A DNA stretch of 62,481 bases, counting the filler, from Collodictyon triciliatum (Eukaryota): assembly GCA_043381765.1 (NCBI GenBank). It is 6 parts of 6 records of this genome, joined end to end, with 100 filler letters (N's around TTAATTAATTAA, not from the genome) between each part and the next. Parts side by side here need not be neighbours in the genome. Positions count along the whole stretch, not along the records: positions 1 to 19,241 come from JBHJMP010000243.1; positions 19,342 to 28,527 come from JBHJMP010000244.1; 4 more parts are not named here. One strand, written 5' to 3'. The position numbers and the translations under genes were made by a program. The notes beneath the pieces were generated by a model. It ran no database searches, had not been told where the DNA came from, and saw only the letters and a list, made by a program, of their open reading frames with translations. Positions 11,220 to 23,335 of the stretch are shown here, piece by piece. Positions within the stretch are counted from its first letter, which is position 1. Each line of letters starts with the position of its first letter.

Positions 11220-14200
11220 AAAAAAAACAAAAAAAAAAACAAAAAAAACAAAAAAAAACAAAAAAACAAACATCTCCACTACGCAGCTTCATAAGCTGCT
11301 TCTTGGTATTTTCTTCGGTGTCGCGTGTTTCATCTTCGTCTTCGTGTGTCGAAGTCTGGAACGAGAAAGGAAATAGATTATAATTAGCGATACACCTTAC
11401 GTTTTCCGCACGTGGTTATATTTCAGAACTTTTTTTGTATGGTAAAATAGGCATTTCTTGCGGCCTTCTGAGTATAATTAGGGCACCAGAATGAAGGAAA
11501 GCGCACCTTAGGAGGGGAGTTATGGAACTTCTTGAACTTTGCGATGTAGAAGCCATCCATGTTGTGAGAATGTGGATAAAATCTCTTTGTGAGCTTCAGG
11601 GATGGATGGAAGTGATATTGTCGGAAGTTCACAAAACCAGGTGTTCCTGAGGTAAATCAAAATAAGCGTTAACTCAACATTCTTCTAAATGAAACATAGA
11701 CTGAAAGAAAGACGAAAAAATTGAAAGATAATGAAAAGGGAATAAACAGATACAAAAAATTAGGATGTTAAATAGACAAACAAAAAATAGCAGTTCACAA
11801 AAAAGAATGCAATAGGATGTGACTATAGAGCTTCAGGATGGAATCCCAACCAAATTCAATCCCCGTTTCAATTAGTTTCACAGAGCGCTTCTTCAATACA
11901 TAATCTACAACCCATTCATTCTCCTCTACGCTAATTGAACAGGTACAATACCTACGGAAAGGATGATATGGTTCATTTCAGCTAATTTTAATGCCAAGTA
12001 AATTAAAGTTGTGGTATATAATCTGGACCATGAAGAACAGCCAAAGTTGGGATTCACGGTAATACCAAACAACATCAGGCTCCTTACACAATATATCCAC
12101 CGGTTGGCGAATTGGCATTCACAGAATCGATAGCGGCCAATAGAAGCTGCTTCTGAATAAAAGCACATCGGTAGAGGTCGTCTTCAGTCTAGAAAGTAAA
12201 ACTGAATTTAAGTGTGAACCCAGCAAATTGCTCTTTTCTTCCTCTAATTTTTCCAATCACTACAAGGCCAGAACGCTCACCTTCCCAAGTTTGACAGACG
12301 GATCCTTCGAGATGACACCAATGCCTGTGCAAGGGGCATCGAGGAGAACACGGTCAAAGTCGTGCATTAACTTTGGAAATTCCCTTCCTGATTTTTTTTT
12401 TTAAAAAAGTCCAGTTCAAAGGAAGCTTAAGAGATAGAAACAAAAATAACAACAAAACATAATTTTCAGTGTTTGCATGAAAAAAAAGTTTCTGTGCTGC
12501 TTACCATCGTAATTTGTGATGGTTGTGTTTTTCAAACCCATACGCATGATATTCGCAGACTATTTGAGAACCGGAGTTCAATTTTTATATTTACTTTTTT
12601 TTTTTTTTAAAAAAAATAGAGCCTCTGTGGTGAAATATATGTGAAGAAAAAAAAGAAAAAAAAGAAAAAAAAGAAAAAAAAGAAAAAAAAGAAAAAAAAG
12701 AAAAAAAAGAAAAAAAAGAAAAAAAAAAGAAAAAAAAGAAAAAAAAGAAAAAAAAGAAAAAAAAGAAAAAAAAGAAAAAAAAGAAAAAAAAAAGAAAAAA
12801 AAGAAAAAAAAGAAAGAAAAAGAGCAAACCAGGGATGGAAGTCTACCCTTAGTTGCGTCATTCGCAACAATCATACCAGTGTTCTTCATCAGGGCACCTT
12901 GATATTGACTTGTGTCAAACTCATATTTTGATTATTTCAGAAACAATCTATGTTCTAACAAACAATAGATTACCTATGAATGTGGTTTTGCCACCAGGAG
13001 CAGCACACATATCGAGTACCTTCTCGTTCTCTTGAGGTGCAAGAGCCATCACAGGGAGCATAGATGAGGCACTTTGAATGAAATAGTGGCCTGCAAGATA
13101 TTCAGGGGTGGCGCCTGCATGTTGTTGTGATGCAATGGGGCTACATAAGCATATGAGAATATTGCAAAGTCCTGTTCTTATATTATTATTATGCTTGTAG
13201 ATACAAGTAATTTTGTGCTTTGCGCAAGCTACATAGCTCTTACCGATTGGAACCCTGGAGTCATAAATAACCAAGCCAACTTTAGTCCAGTTCAAAGGAT
13301 CAAGATTGACACCTCTATTAATCTGAATATTCAAAAACAAGCGAGCAAGCAAACAGCAATAAATGTTATACAACAAAACTAAAGATGGTCATGAATATGT
13401 GTAAACTCTTATGTCTTAATTCTGATGAAATTATGAGGAATGGGATTGAAGCGGGAAACTATAATAACATACAAGGGATTGAGCAACTTCTCGACGTCGG
13501 GTCTTTAAAGAGTTACACCGAATCGTTACTGGGCGAGGAACTTCCGAGGCCTCAAAAAATGCCAGTGCCTATACATAATGGTTAATCGACAGGCAAATTA
13601 CTGACGAGAAGATTAGAGGATGTCCAAAACTAGAGGATTTAAGGATGTTATTGTTGCTGATTTCCCCTTTGATTAGGTCGATGACATTTAAAAGATTACC
13701 TCGCCAATGGGAAACAATTGGAGCAAAAGATTAGCGAGAAACTCAGAGTAGCCGTAATATGTGCATATATCGCGTAAGAGCTGGCTAACATATTCTGTCC
13801 GTGAACGGCCTTCTGCCTTTTCACGCCCAAAGTTTGCCAACACTTTTGCAATTTCTTGAATGCGGGTTTGGACGATGACAAGATCTGCCGTGACTGTGGG
13901 ATAATTTTCAACAGATATTAAGGTTCAAACTATGGCAATCAAATAAATAAAAAAAATGAACTGTCCAACAAATGATCACGTCGAATACCATTAAATCACA
14001 AATCCGATTTTGCTGTGCCCATACCCTCTTTGCCTGGGCCCTCTCCCTCTTCGTCCAAATCATACTTGTCATAGTCGGCAAGGGTGAGTTTGAGTTCTTC
14101 ATCGGCATCAACTTTCTCTGCTTCCTTTTCTTTGGCAAGTTTTCGAGATTCTTTCTCGATTTCAAGCTAATAAGGAAAACAGATTTATCATGTGTAATTT

Positions 14201-15609
14201 TTTTTGTATTTGACAAAAAGTTCAAATAAGAAAAGGAAACATAAGCTAGAAACATGCAATATTCCACTCATCAGACTCAGCGATGCTATTGATTATTCAC
14301 TTCTTCCTCTTCTTCCTCTTCGTCGTCCTCATCATCCTCTTCGTCAAGATTTGCCTCTTTTCCCTTCTAGATTAATCACAGTCGGTTTTATGTTCATGTA
14401 GGTCAAAATACCAACATAACCATCACATTTTAAGGTAGAGTTACTATTCAAATCGAGAGAAGGACCTTGACTTTGAGCCATTTTTTGTTGTCATCTGAAA
14501 ATATAAACTTCTTCGCCTTTGCAGCAAGCTCATCATCATTGTCTTCATCATTATCCGAGTCAAGCAGATTCCTTAGAGAGGGATTACACACGAATAATCA
14601 TTTATTGATGTTTACTTTTAAAAAGCTCATTCCTCATACTTTTGTGTGGGAGGGGAATGCATCTATCCGGTTTGTATGATTTTCATACCCTTTCTGTTGG
14701 TGTGCTTCGGCCTAATGATATAATAAGATGAGATTCATGGCGATATCTTGCAAAGGGAAACCATCAGCAAGGATTTAATGATAAATGTTTTTTTTTTATC
14801 GCAACGCAAACCGAGTCATTGTCGTCCTCATCGCTATTCCGGTCGAGATCCTCGTCGTCAAACTCATCTCCAAATTCATCAGAGTCGACTACAAACAACA
14901 AATAAAAGCGCATTTTGTCAGCGAGAAATCAGACATGCTGAATACAAGGTCAGGCTATACCGCTAAATGACTTGGAAGCATCAAAAGTAAATACAGTACT
15001 CTGATGCTGGGTAGTATAAGCAAGAAATGATTAACAATAGAGTTCAATAAAATAAAAAACAATAAAAAAACAATAAAAAACAATAAAAAAACAATAAAAA
15101 ACAATAAAAAACAATAAAAAACAATAAAAAACAATAAAAAACAATAAAAAACAATAAAAAACAATAAAAAACAATAAAAAACAATAAAAAACAATAAAAA
15201 ACAATAAAAAAACAATAAAAAACAATAAAAAACAATAAAAAACAAACAGCGTTGGTAAAATATTTGACACATTCTAAGCCAAACTCACACTCATCACCAA
15301 AGTCGTCTTCATCTTCTGACTCGCTCTCATCCTTCCGGATAGGCTTCTTTGTCGAGTTGGCGGCCACCTTCTTGCCTGCCGGCGCAACTTTTTTCACAGG
15401 ACTACGGAGAATCAGATGTGAGCAACAACTCGAAAAAAAAAAGAAGCAAAAACAGCCACTCTACTTTAAATCGACCAAGTAACTTACGCAGCAGGCTTTT
15501 GGACTTTGGTCTTTGCGTTTGCCTTCGCGGCGGGCGCGGGAGACTTTGCCTTCTCCAGCTTCTGATGCGCGGCGTTCACGACACCTTTTCCTTTTGCTTT
15601 GGTGACCAT
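10440..15609 (-). CDS. NOP2: 25S/28S rRNA cytosine-C5 methyltransferase NOP2/NSUN1
   Basis: Motifs [78 protein letters not shown] and [19 protein letters not shown]. Acidic/basic N-terminus from ATG 15609. The last exon ends KKRPGKPRK* at 10440. Confidence 0.95.
12645..12822. repeat. (GAAAAAAAA)n intronic repeat in NOP2
   Basis: Directly visible. Confidence 0.95.
15048..15245. repeat. (CAATAAAAAA)n intronic repeat in NOP2
   Basis: Directly visible 10-mer array. Confidence 0.95.
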
Positions 15610-16027
15610 CTCTTTCCTTCCGGGCTACAAGGAAGCGCGTGTTGAATAAGAACACATTCGACTTATCACGCACTTTGCGTAAACTCTTTCGCTATTCTCG
15701 ATGCACTGCCTCAAGTTTAGTTAGTGATCGATTTGTTTTCCTCCTCTGATTTATTGTGTTTTTGATGATTCGCGCGTTCAGGTTGCTTTGTGTTATTGTG
15801 GTTGTAATAATAATGTGGGCACATCTATATGCGGAATATAGGCAAAGGGTGGAGTGAGGAGCGTGTGAAAAATCATGCAGATTCCGCGTCGTCTGCGGAG
15901 CACCAAAGTGGCAGACACAGCTCGGTCGTGACAGCGTCCAAAATGGGTTTATGACCAAAGAGTAATTAATGTATAGAGGCAGAGGAAGGAGGCCGGGTGT
16001 TGCGCCACGCGTAAAAGTGATTCTTAA

Positions 16028-18927
16028 TCAGTTGTCAACCAAGTATACAAGCTGCTTCGACTCGCCCCGGACGGTGACAACGCCTCGGTATCCAGTGCGC
16101 CGAATCCCAGCCTGGAATGTTTGAGCAGTGTCATTCAAACTCTACAAAATAAAAATGACAAAATTACATGAGATGGTACACATATTTAATCAAGGAACCT
16201 TCTCGTCAACCATAATCTCAAAAATTTTATCCAATCTTCCGTGCGTCCAGTCAATATCGGTGATGTGAATCTGAATGTCTGTATTGCTGGGATACTTGTG
16301 GTCTCGGAACTAAACACATGTCGTTTTTTTTCAACTATTGCAGGGGACATAAACTGAGATCGATTATCAAAAGAATTTATTAATACTACCTCTGATAAAG
16401 TAATAGATTTGCTGTTTTTTAGACTTTTATCCATAGTCCTATCATAGTTTTCCTGACAAAATAACGTACATATTCGTTAGGGACACGCACTGAAATTGAA
16501 CATATAGGGAGTTGATTTATATTATTCGACATAAAACGAACAAATTAGTATTAATAAGATCTAATATCGAGTCATTTGTACTTTCTTCAAAAAATCGACA
16601 TTGATGCTGGAAAAATCCACAGGCTCTTTATTCAGTTTAATGTCCTTCAGATGCGACTCAAAGAATTGGCCTATGCAAGATATGACTTACATAAAAAGCT
16701 TGCCTCGATCTGCGTTTTCTTCTTTTTCTTCAATCAGTATAACTTTTATAGTCAGTGATTATACTATGAAACAAGCCATTGAGTTTTACCTTTGCTCGAA
16801 CCCTCCTTCCCAAAAGTGTATGTTCTGGAAATCTCCGGCCGAATACATGCCCTGGGTTACAGGAAACAATTATACCCCGAAAGAGACAATAGCCAGGCTA
16901 AGGCTAAGACACCAGATTTACATGTAATAAAATAAGTAACGGTGACGGGTTTGGCTCATACCTTCCTTTTCTTTGTTCTGGATTTCGAAGCCAATCATCC
17001 CAATATCTAAAAAGGATTTTCAATTTTTTTGGGAAGTGATGATATTTGTACATTTATGAGCAATCTATCAACCAGCTATCAAACTGCGTACGATTAATTT
17101 ATATAAAAATTACCCTTGGGGCCACTTCGGAGACAATTCCTCCCACAACGAGCGCTTCATCATCCAGCCAAGACCAGGGAAGAAGTCACTCCGATAGAGC
17201 CTTTCTACAATTAAAAAGAGTGTTCAGCGCGTCGTGGCTAGGATAAAATAATTCATGGGCAGATACAAGCGACTATGTATACTTGGGTCAACGGCATTTC
17301 TCCCGATACCGTTGTCATTCCAGGCCGATATACAAAAAAGTGTGTTGTCCTAAATGATATTATGGGAAATAAAGCAGAATATGATGATAATGTGAGTTGT
17401 ACTTCATCGGGTCTGTAAAAATCAAATAAAATCAAATAAAATCAAATAAAATCAAATAAAATCAAATAAAATCAAATAAAATCAAATAAAATCAAACAAA
17501 ATCAAATAAAATCAAATAAAATCAAATAAAATCAAAGTTGAAAGGAAGAATAAAAAAAAGATCAAATAAATCAAAGTTCCAAGAGCGGAAATGAGCATGA
17601 AAAGATACCTCATCAAGGAGATGCGATAAGGCAGTGAAATAGCTAAAGAAATCAGGAGCTATCTCCAAATCCTCTTTTTATGAAAAGGAAGAGAAAATAG
17701 AAGAGATTTTGAATATCACAATGGGCTATAATAATCCAACTACTGGTCCAATCAAAGCCAAAATAATAGTTATAAACCTTCTAGTATGATAACACGGTCA
17801 TATTTTGTGTTCGAAAACAAAGAAGTGAGCCCATTTTTATAATGTCTTGCAATAGCATGATAGACTTGATTTTCTCCGTTCTTTATCTATTACATAAATA
17901 TATACGTGTTCAGCGTATACGAATTTCATTCTTAGAAAGGTATATCCTAATATGTATCTGTAGCAGACACGTATCGGAATTTCCTATGTATGATAAAATC
18001 ATACTTGGAATGGAGAGTCATCCTTAGACTGAGATATGAGAAGGGAGAATTTTCAGTGCTCAAAAAAATATAACACAAATTAAATAATTCATATGAGAAT
18101 GCATGAATCTAATGAATAAAAACCAGTATGCAAATCAATATATATGTTTGATTAACACAAAAATATTACTTTTATCATGTGAATCTTCATCGGGTAATTT
18201 TTTACGAGATTCACCACACCAGTGTCATCTGCATCCTAAGAATTACGATAGAAAAGATACCTGGTTACGAAGTTGTATGCAATATGGGTATATTAAGCGA
18301 TTTGCTATAAAAAAAAAAAAGAAATTGGAATCGAATAAAGGAAAAACGATTTAAAAAAGTATCCCTACTTGAGAGACATATACAGGAAAACGGTTTCCTG
18401 GATGATACCTGATAATTGTCAAGTGAATTATTATTGAAAATATCGAAGATCAGAAAGTGAAAAAATGCCTTCATACAAGTTATTTATATGATATGTACCA
18501 TAAAGTTAAATCTAATTATACAAAAAGTGAAAAATTTAGGCAAGTCGAAAAATAATCTAATCGAGAGCATACTGAAACAAGACATCTAGGCATCGTTTCA
18601 AGTAAGCCATTCTGTTGTGAGCAAAAACTATTATGGGTACAATATCTTTATCTGGAACGGACGCTACTGGGTTATTATCATCTTCGACTTCTTCGCCTTT
18701 CTCAAGTTTATCCACAGTATCATCTTCATATTTTGCCTTAATAGTGTCTTTCTGCCTGTTCTCACGCAGCTGCTCCTTTATGGATACATTGGCGTGTCTG
18801 AGTGCATCTTTTAGTGAATCTATTTCGTGCTGCATCTCCTCGATCTCCTGCTGCGCTCGCATATGGTCCACTTTGCTCTTATCGCGATACTGTGAACCCT
18901 GTTTGCGAAGCTGTTCCTCATAATCTG
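16028..18927 (-). CDS. MGAT1: alpha-1,3-mannosyl-glycoprotein beta-1,2-N-acetylglucosaminyltransferase (GnT-I, GT13), 5'-partial
   Basis: Spliced motifs [95 protein letters not shown] and [11 protein letters not shown]. Stop at 16028. The TM/start exon is lost at the contig end. Confidence 0.92.
17418..17536. repeat. (AAATCAAATA)n intronic repeat in MGAT1
   Basis: Directly visible. Confidence 0.95.
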
Positions 18928-19022
18928 CTGTGATATTTGCCGTTTGTGTCTATGATTCACGAAGTACAGGTTAACTTCTATAATCGAACCTCATATGCCT
19001 CCATAAAGAAAATTTGAATATA

Positions 19023-19241
19023 ATACAATATAATATACTACACTACAATACACTACAATACACTACAATACACTACAATACACTACAATACACTACAATA
19101 CACTACAATACACTACAATACACTACACTACAATACACTACAATACAATACAATACAATACAATACAATACAATACAATACAATACAATACAATACAATA
19201 CAATACAATACAATACAATACAATACAATACAATACAATAC
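19023..19241. repeat. (CACTACAATA)n then (CAATA)n repeat at the contig end
   Basis: Directly visible. Confidence 0.95.
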
Positions 19242-19341
19242 NNNNNNNNNNNNNNNNNNNNNNNNNNNNNNNNNNNNNNNNNNNNTTAATTAATTAANNN
19301 NNNNNNNNNNNNNNNNNNNNNNNNNNNNNNNNNNNNNNNNN
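19242..19341. other. Synthetic contig-join linker (44N-TTAATTAATTAA-44N)
   Basis: Six-frame stop spacer at 19286-19297. Genes on both sides are truncated. Confidence 0.97.
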
Positions 19342-19430
19342 TTTTTTTTTTTTTTTTTTTTTTTTTGTGGGGGGGGGGGGGGGGAGCGAGATTATGGAAT
19401 ACTGTGCCGAATCAAAGTAACGAGACATAC

Positions 19431-22146
19431 AACTGGTCCAACAGAACCAATTTTATGCCAACCGGGAAAGTTTGCATTTGTAGGCCCCGTAACTTCACTC
19501 ATTCCAAACAGCTCAAATATTTGGATGTCCTTATTGTGTAGTTATTCATAGAGTCACTTAATAGATCGAATAGTGATAAACTTGAATGAAATGGTTACTC
19601 ATTTAGACGATTTCAACATATTGGAAATAAATTCTCACCAAACTCATAAAATATTCCAATGTAGAACGACTTGTGGGAGCTGCCCCGGTAAAAAAGTACT
19701 TGCATTGGTCAAAGCCCAGTGCCTCTTTAACCTAGATGGTATGTTGAATGCCTCGGTTCAAAATTCTAATAATATCTAGGTGAAGGCATGAAATATTAAT
19801 TGGATGTGGTTCATAAATTGTGTAATATTATTCAAATTTGCCAAGGAAACTAAGAAAACCGCAAAATATATCCTCGCAACCTTTTTGAAAATGGTCTTTT
19901 GTAGAAAATGGAAAGTCATTCCTGGGTCTCTATTTTCCAATTGCACCATCGAGCCTGCCAGTCCCTTCTTTTTGGCCCATGTCGAAATCACTTTTGCAAC
20001 TAGATTCCGAATTTTTCTCAAGGATTAGTTTTTCGTGCGAAGTGTCAGTCGGAATGTGCTGTGTAATAAATAAGTCATGACCATCATGACTATACCACAG
20101 AGTAGCATCGTTTTCAAAGTTTGATATTTTTCAAGTCATGAGAAGATAAATGGTTTATTTACATCCAGATCGGTTTGCACCACTCGCTTTGAGTGCTGAT
20201 TCGATTTTTTCCCATACTCTAGGAACACTGAAAAATACAGTAGGCCTGGCCTCCCTGAGAGTCTTCAAAAAAAATTATTTAGCTATTTTACCAAAAGGAC
20301 AAGACAAAAATTAAGTCTACAATATGCCCATGTAGTCATACTAACATTAATCAACCCTCCTTTGAGGGCATCTGGAGTAGCGAATGTTATTAGGCCACCA
20401 ACAAATATGGGCAGAAACATACCGGCAATCTGCTCAGCAATATGGCTAGGATGATTTAAATAGATTCATTCATTCATTCCTTCATTACATTAAATGATGT
20501 ACGGATATTTCATATTACCATGATATAATTTGTAATTCTGAAAGAAATATGGAGATAGAAATAACCTAAGGGGGAGATAGCTTACTGCTCTGTCGCTCGA
20601 TGAGAAACGAAATATACTGACCACAGATTTGCAAACCCAACTGATGTTTCTATGAGTTATCATAACACCTTTTGGAGTCCCCGTAGTCCCAGAAGTGTAT
20701 ATTAGACTGCAAATGTCGTCTAGCACAACATCGTTTATTCTGCTCTTTAATGTGATGTCATTCGTCTGCTCGTGGAAAAGTAGTTAAACCGTAAAACGTG
20801 CAAAATTACGAAAATAGATTGAAATTGAAAAAAAAAATTGCTCATCCTTTATTTTTATAGAAGAAAATTTCTGGTTACCATATTTCCTAATGACAAAAAC
20901 TCGTTCCATCCGATTGCCCAATCATCAGGATCTTTGGAATCATCCATTAGGACAACCTTTTTCACCTTGGCCAGTTGCCCTCTCATTATTTTGAATTTCG
21001 CCAGTTGTGAAAGATTCTCGACAAACACAACCTAATAATTTTGAACGAAACAGTCATATTGGTCACTCTTTTTTATTTTTTTTAATAAAAAAAAAACTAC
21101 TATAAAATGAATTGCACAGCAAAATGACGATACTTGGCTCAAAGTCTTTGTTATATTTTTCTCTTATACAAAAAAAAATATACAGCTTTCCTATTGAATA
21201 TTTTATATATTTGTTCTTGCGCGTAGGTTAACAATAGATAAGCATTTTTCAATTTATAAAATTATGGCTTATTTAGCTTTTTCTTAGATGATAATACTTG
21301 TGAGTCGGAGTGGTCAACGATGTAAAGACATTGCTCGGGGCTACTTGTGGTGTATAACCCAGTGAACAGACCGCCAGCATGAATAGCCCCATATGCTGCT
21401 ATGTACCACTCGGGAGAGTTAAATCCGATGATTGCAATGGACCTTTTCGGATTCAGCCCGCAGGCAACCAAAGCCTTTTTTTTTTTTTTTTACATTCAGT
21501 AACGTATGTTTTTTTCATTGTGACAGAACTCAAAATAATAATAATTTAGGTTCAATATCTGAGTAATGTGCATTGTATTATATAATTTGGTAACAAACTT
21601 TTGCTGCTTGGTACACGTCCTCTTTGTACTGCACGTACTGCCATGTGACTGTCGAGCCGTTTTTCTTTGCGCTCATTGCAAGGGCTGAAGGATATCTATT
21701 ATGACAGAACGTAAGCATACTTTTCTCTTTAATTTTTTAATTTTTTTGTTTTTTGTTTTTTGTTTTTTGTTTTTTGTTTTTTGTTTTTTGTTTTTTGTTT
21801 TTTGTTTTTTGTTTTTTGTTTTTTGTTTTTTGTTTTNNNNNNNNNNNNNNNNNNNNNNNNNNNNNNNNNNNNNNNNNNNNNNNNNNNNNNNNNNNNNNNN
21901 NNNNNNNNNNNNNNNNNNNNNNNNNNNNNNNNNNNNTTTTGTTTTTTGTTTTTTGTTTTTTGTTTTTTGTTTTTTGTTTTTTGTTTTTTGTTTTTTGTTT
22001 TTTGTTTTTTGTTTTTTGTTTTTTGTTTTTTGTTTCATTCTATCTCGGCCAAACCTTTCGCAAATGTTCCTAAAGGTTGTCGTTATCACTTCAACAGCAG
22101 ACTCCGCAACTGCTGCGACAGAAGGCCGAGAAACAGCACGACTCAT
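19431..22146 (-). CDS. Bubblegum-type (ACSBG-like) long-chain fatty-acid-CoA ligase, 3'-partial, start uncertain
   Basis: [75 protein letters not shown] and [13 protein letters not shown]. The gene runs into the linker at 19341. Confidence 0.88.
21740..22035. repeat. (TTTTTTG)n intronic repeat spanning an N gap
   Basis: Directly visible. Confidence 0.95.
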
Positions 22147-22618
22147 CTATACAACGCAAGACTATCAGAACCATCAAGGAGGCAGCAGCGACAGCATACT
22201 GGCGCATTAGAAGCCACCACGACTTTCCTTCAAAGCAGCTTCTTTCTCATCCAAAGAAAATTCTCCCATTTGGGCTTTGTCGGAAGTTTGGTTTGTTTCG
22301 GCTTCGTCAGCGGCCTTACTCTTTTTCCAAATCAGTCGTTGGGTTGTCATTAAGAATGATTTTCTAAACGTTTGTACTTTTTAGGCGAATCCGTTACAGG
22401 GATTCTCAAAGAAACCGCGGCCGATTCAAAGAAAACTGTTCGAAAGAAATGTGTATATATATAGTAAATTGATGATATATTTTATGATGATAAAAGGATC
22501 AAAATTCGTATATTGTATTAAATTAGACTATGCATATATATATTCCAGATATGAAATCACCGACATAAGTCGCGCGGACTTTTGAATCAGCGAGGCACCT
22601 GCTTTGCAATATTGAAGA

Positions 22619-23254
22619 ATGCTCGGGACTGTGCAGGCTTTGCGAAGAGGTTTTGTCCGCGGTTTGTCTGGCATATACAGACCATGGCTGAATGAAAAAG
22701 TCCATCAAGGTTTTTTGACACCATTAAAGAGCACTCTTCTTTCTACTTTCATTTTTTGACATATAATCTTTACGAACGAAGACTTGCCCCCAAACAGACG
22801 AGAAGTACAATCAGTGGCCTTTTTCATTTTCTCCTCTTCTCAACTGCACTGCATAACCCAGGCGTCTCCAATGTTCATAAGGCTTGTTATTATGGAGTTA
22901 CAGAATCATCTGCAGTCACAAAAGAGTGGCTTGGAAAGGTGAGTCAGTAGTCCCCTCTCCGACATTCCGTCCTTTTCATTGTGAGGGAAAACATATCAAC
23001 AAATATTTGATGATATATGCCAAACCTCTGCTGAAAAGTCCACTGCAGGAAGTCAAGCTAGCTGGCTGGGTTCAATCCCATAGACCATTAGGCGGCCTTC
23101 TGTTTGTGCTCTTGAGAGATTATTCCGGCACCATCCAACTGGTGTGGAGCCCAGAAAAGGTGGCCCCTCCCTCTTCTTGTCGTAGCATTCATACTCTTAC
23201 AAAAAAAAAAGATGATGAAAATACATAAATTATGTATAAAACAAGACAGCAATA

Positions 23255-23335
<81 letters not shown>

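Noticed and set aside
14915..14985. Possible intronic C/D snoRNA in NOP2 (minus strand TGATGC..CTGA..CTGA)
   Set aside because: The C box is imperfect, there is no terminal stem, and I recognise no rRNA-complementary guide. It would need an Infernal or snoscan search.
19286..19297. TTAATTAATTAA as a PacI-like site, piggyBac target or biological repeat
   Set aside because: It is always centred in exactly 44+44 N, which marks a synthetic six-frame stop linker.
21680..21700. ATATCCTT as a U12 (AT-AC) donor
   Set aside because: It is exon sequence (YPSALAM) just after a normal AG acceptor. All junctions I resolved were GT-AG.
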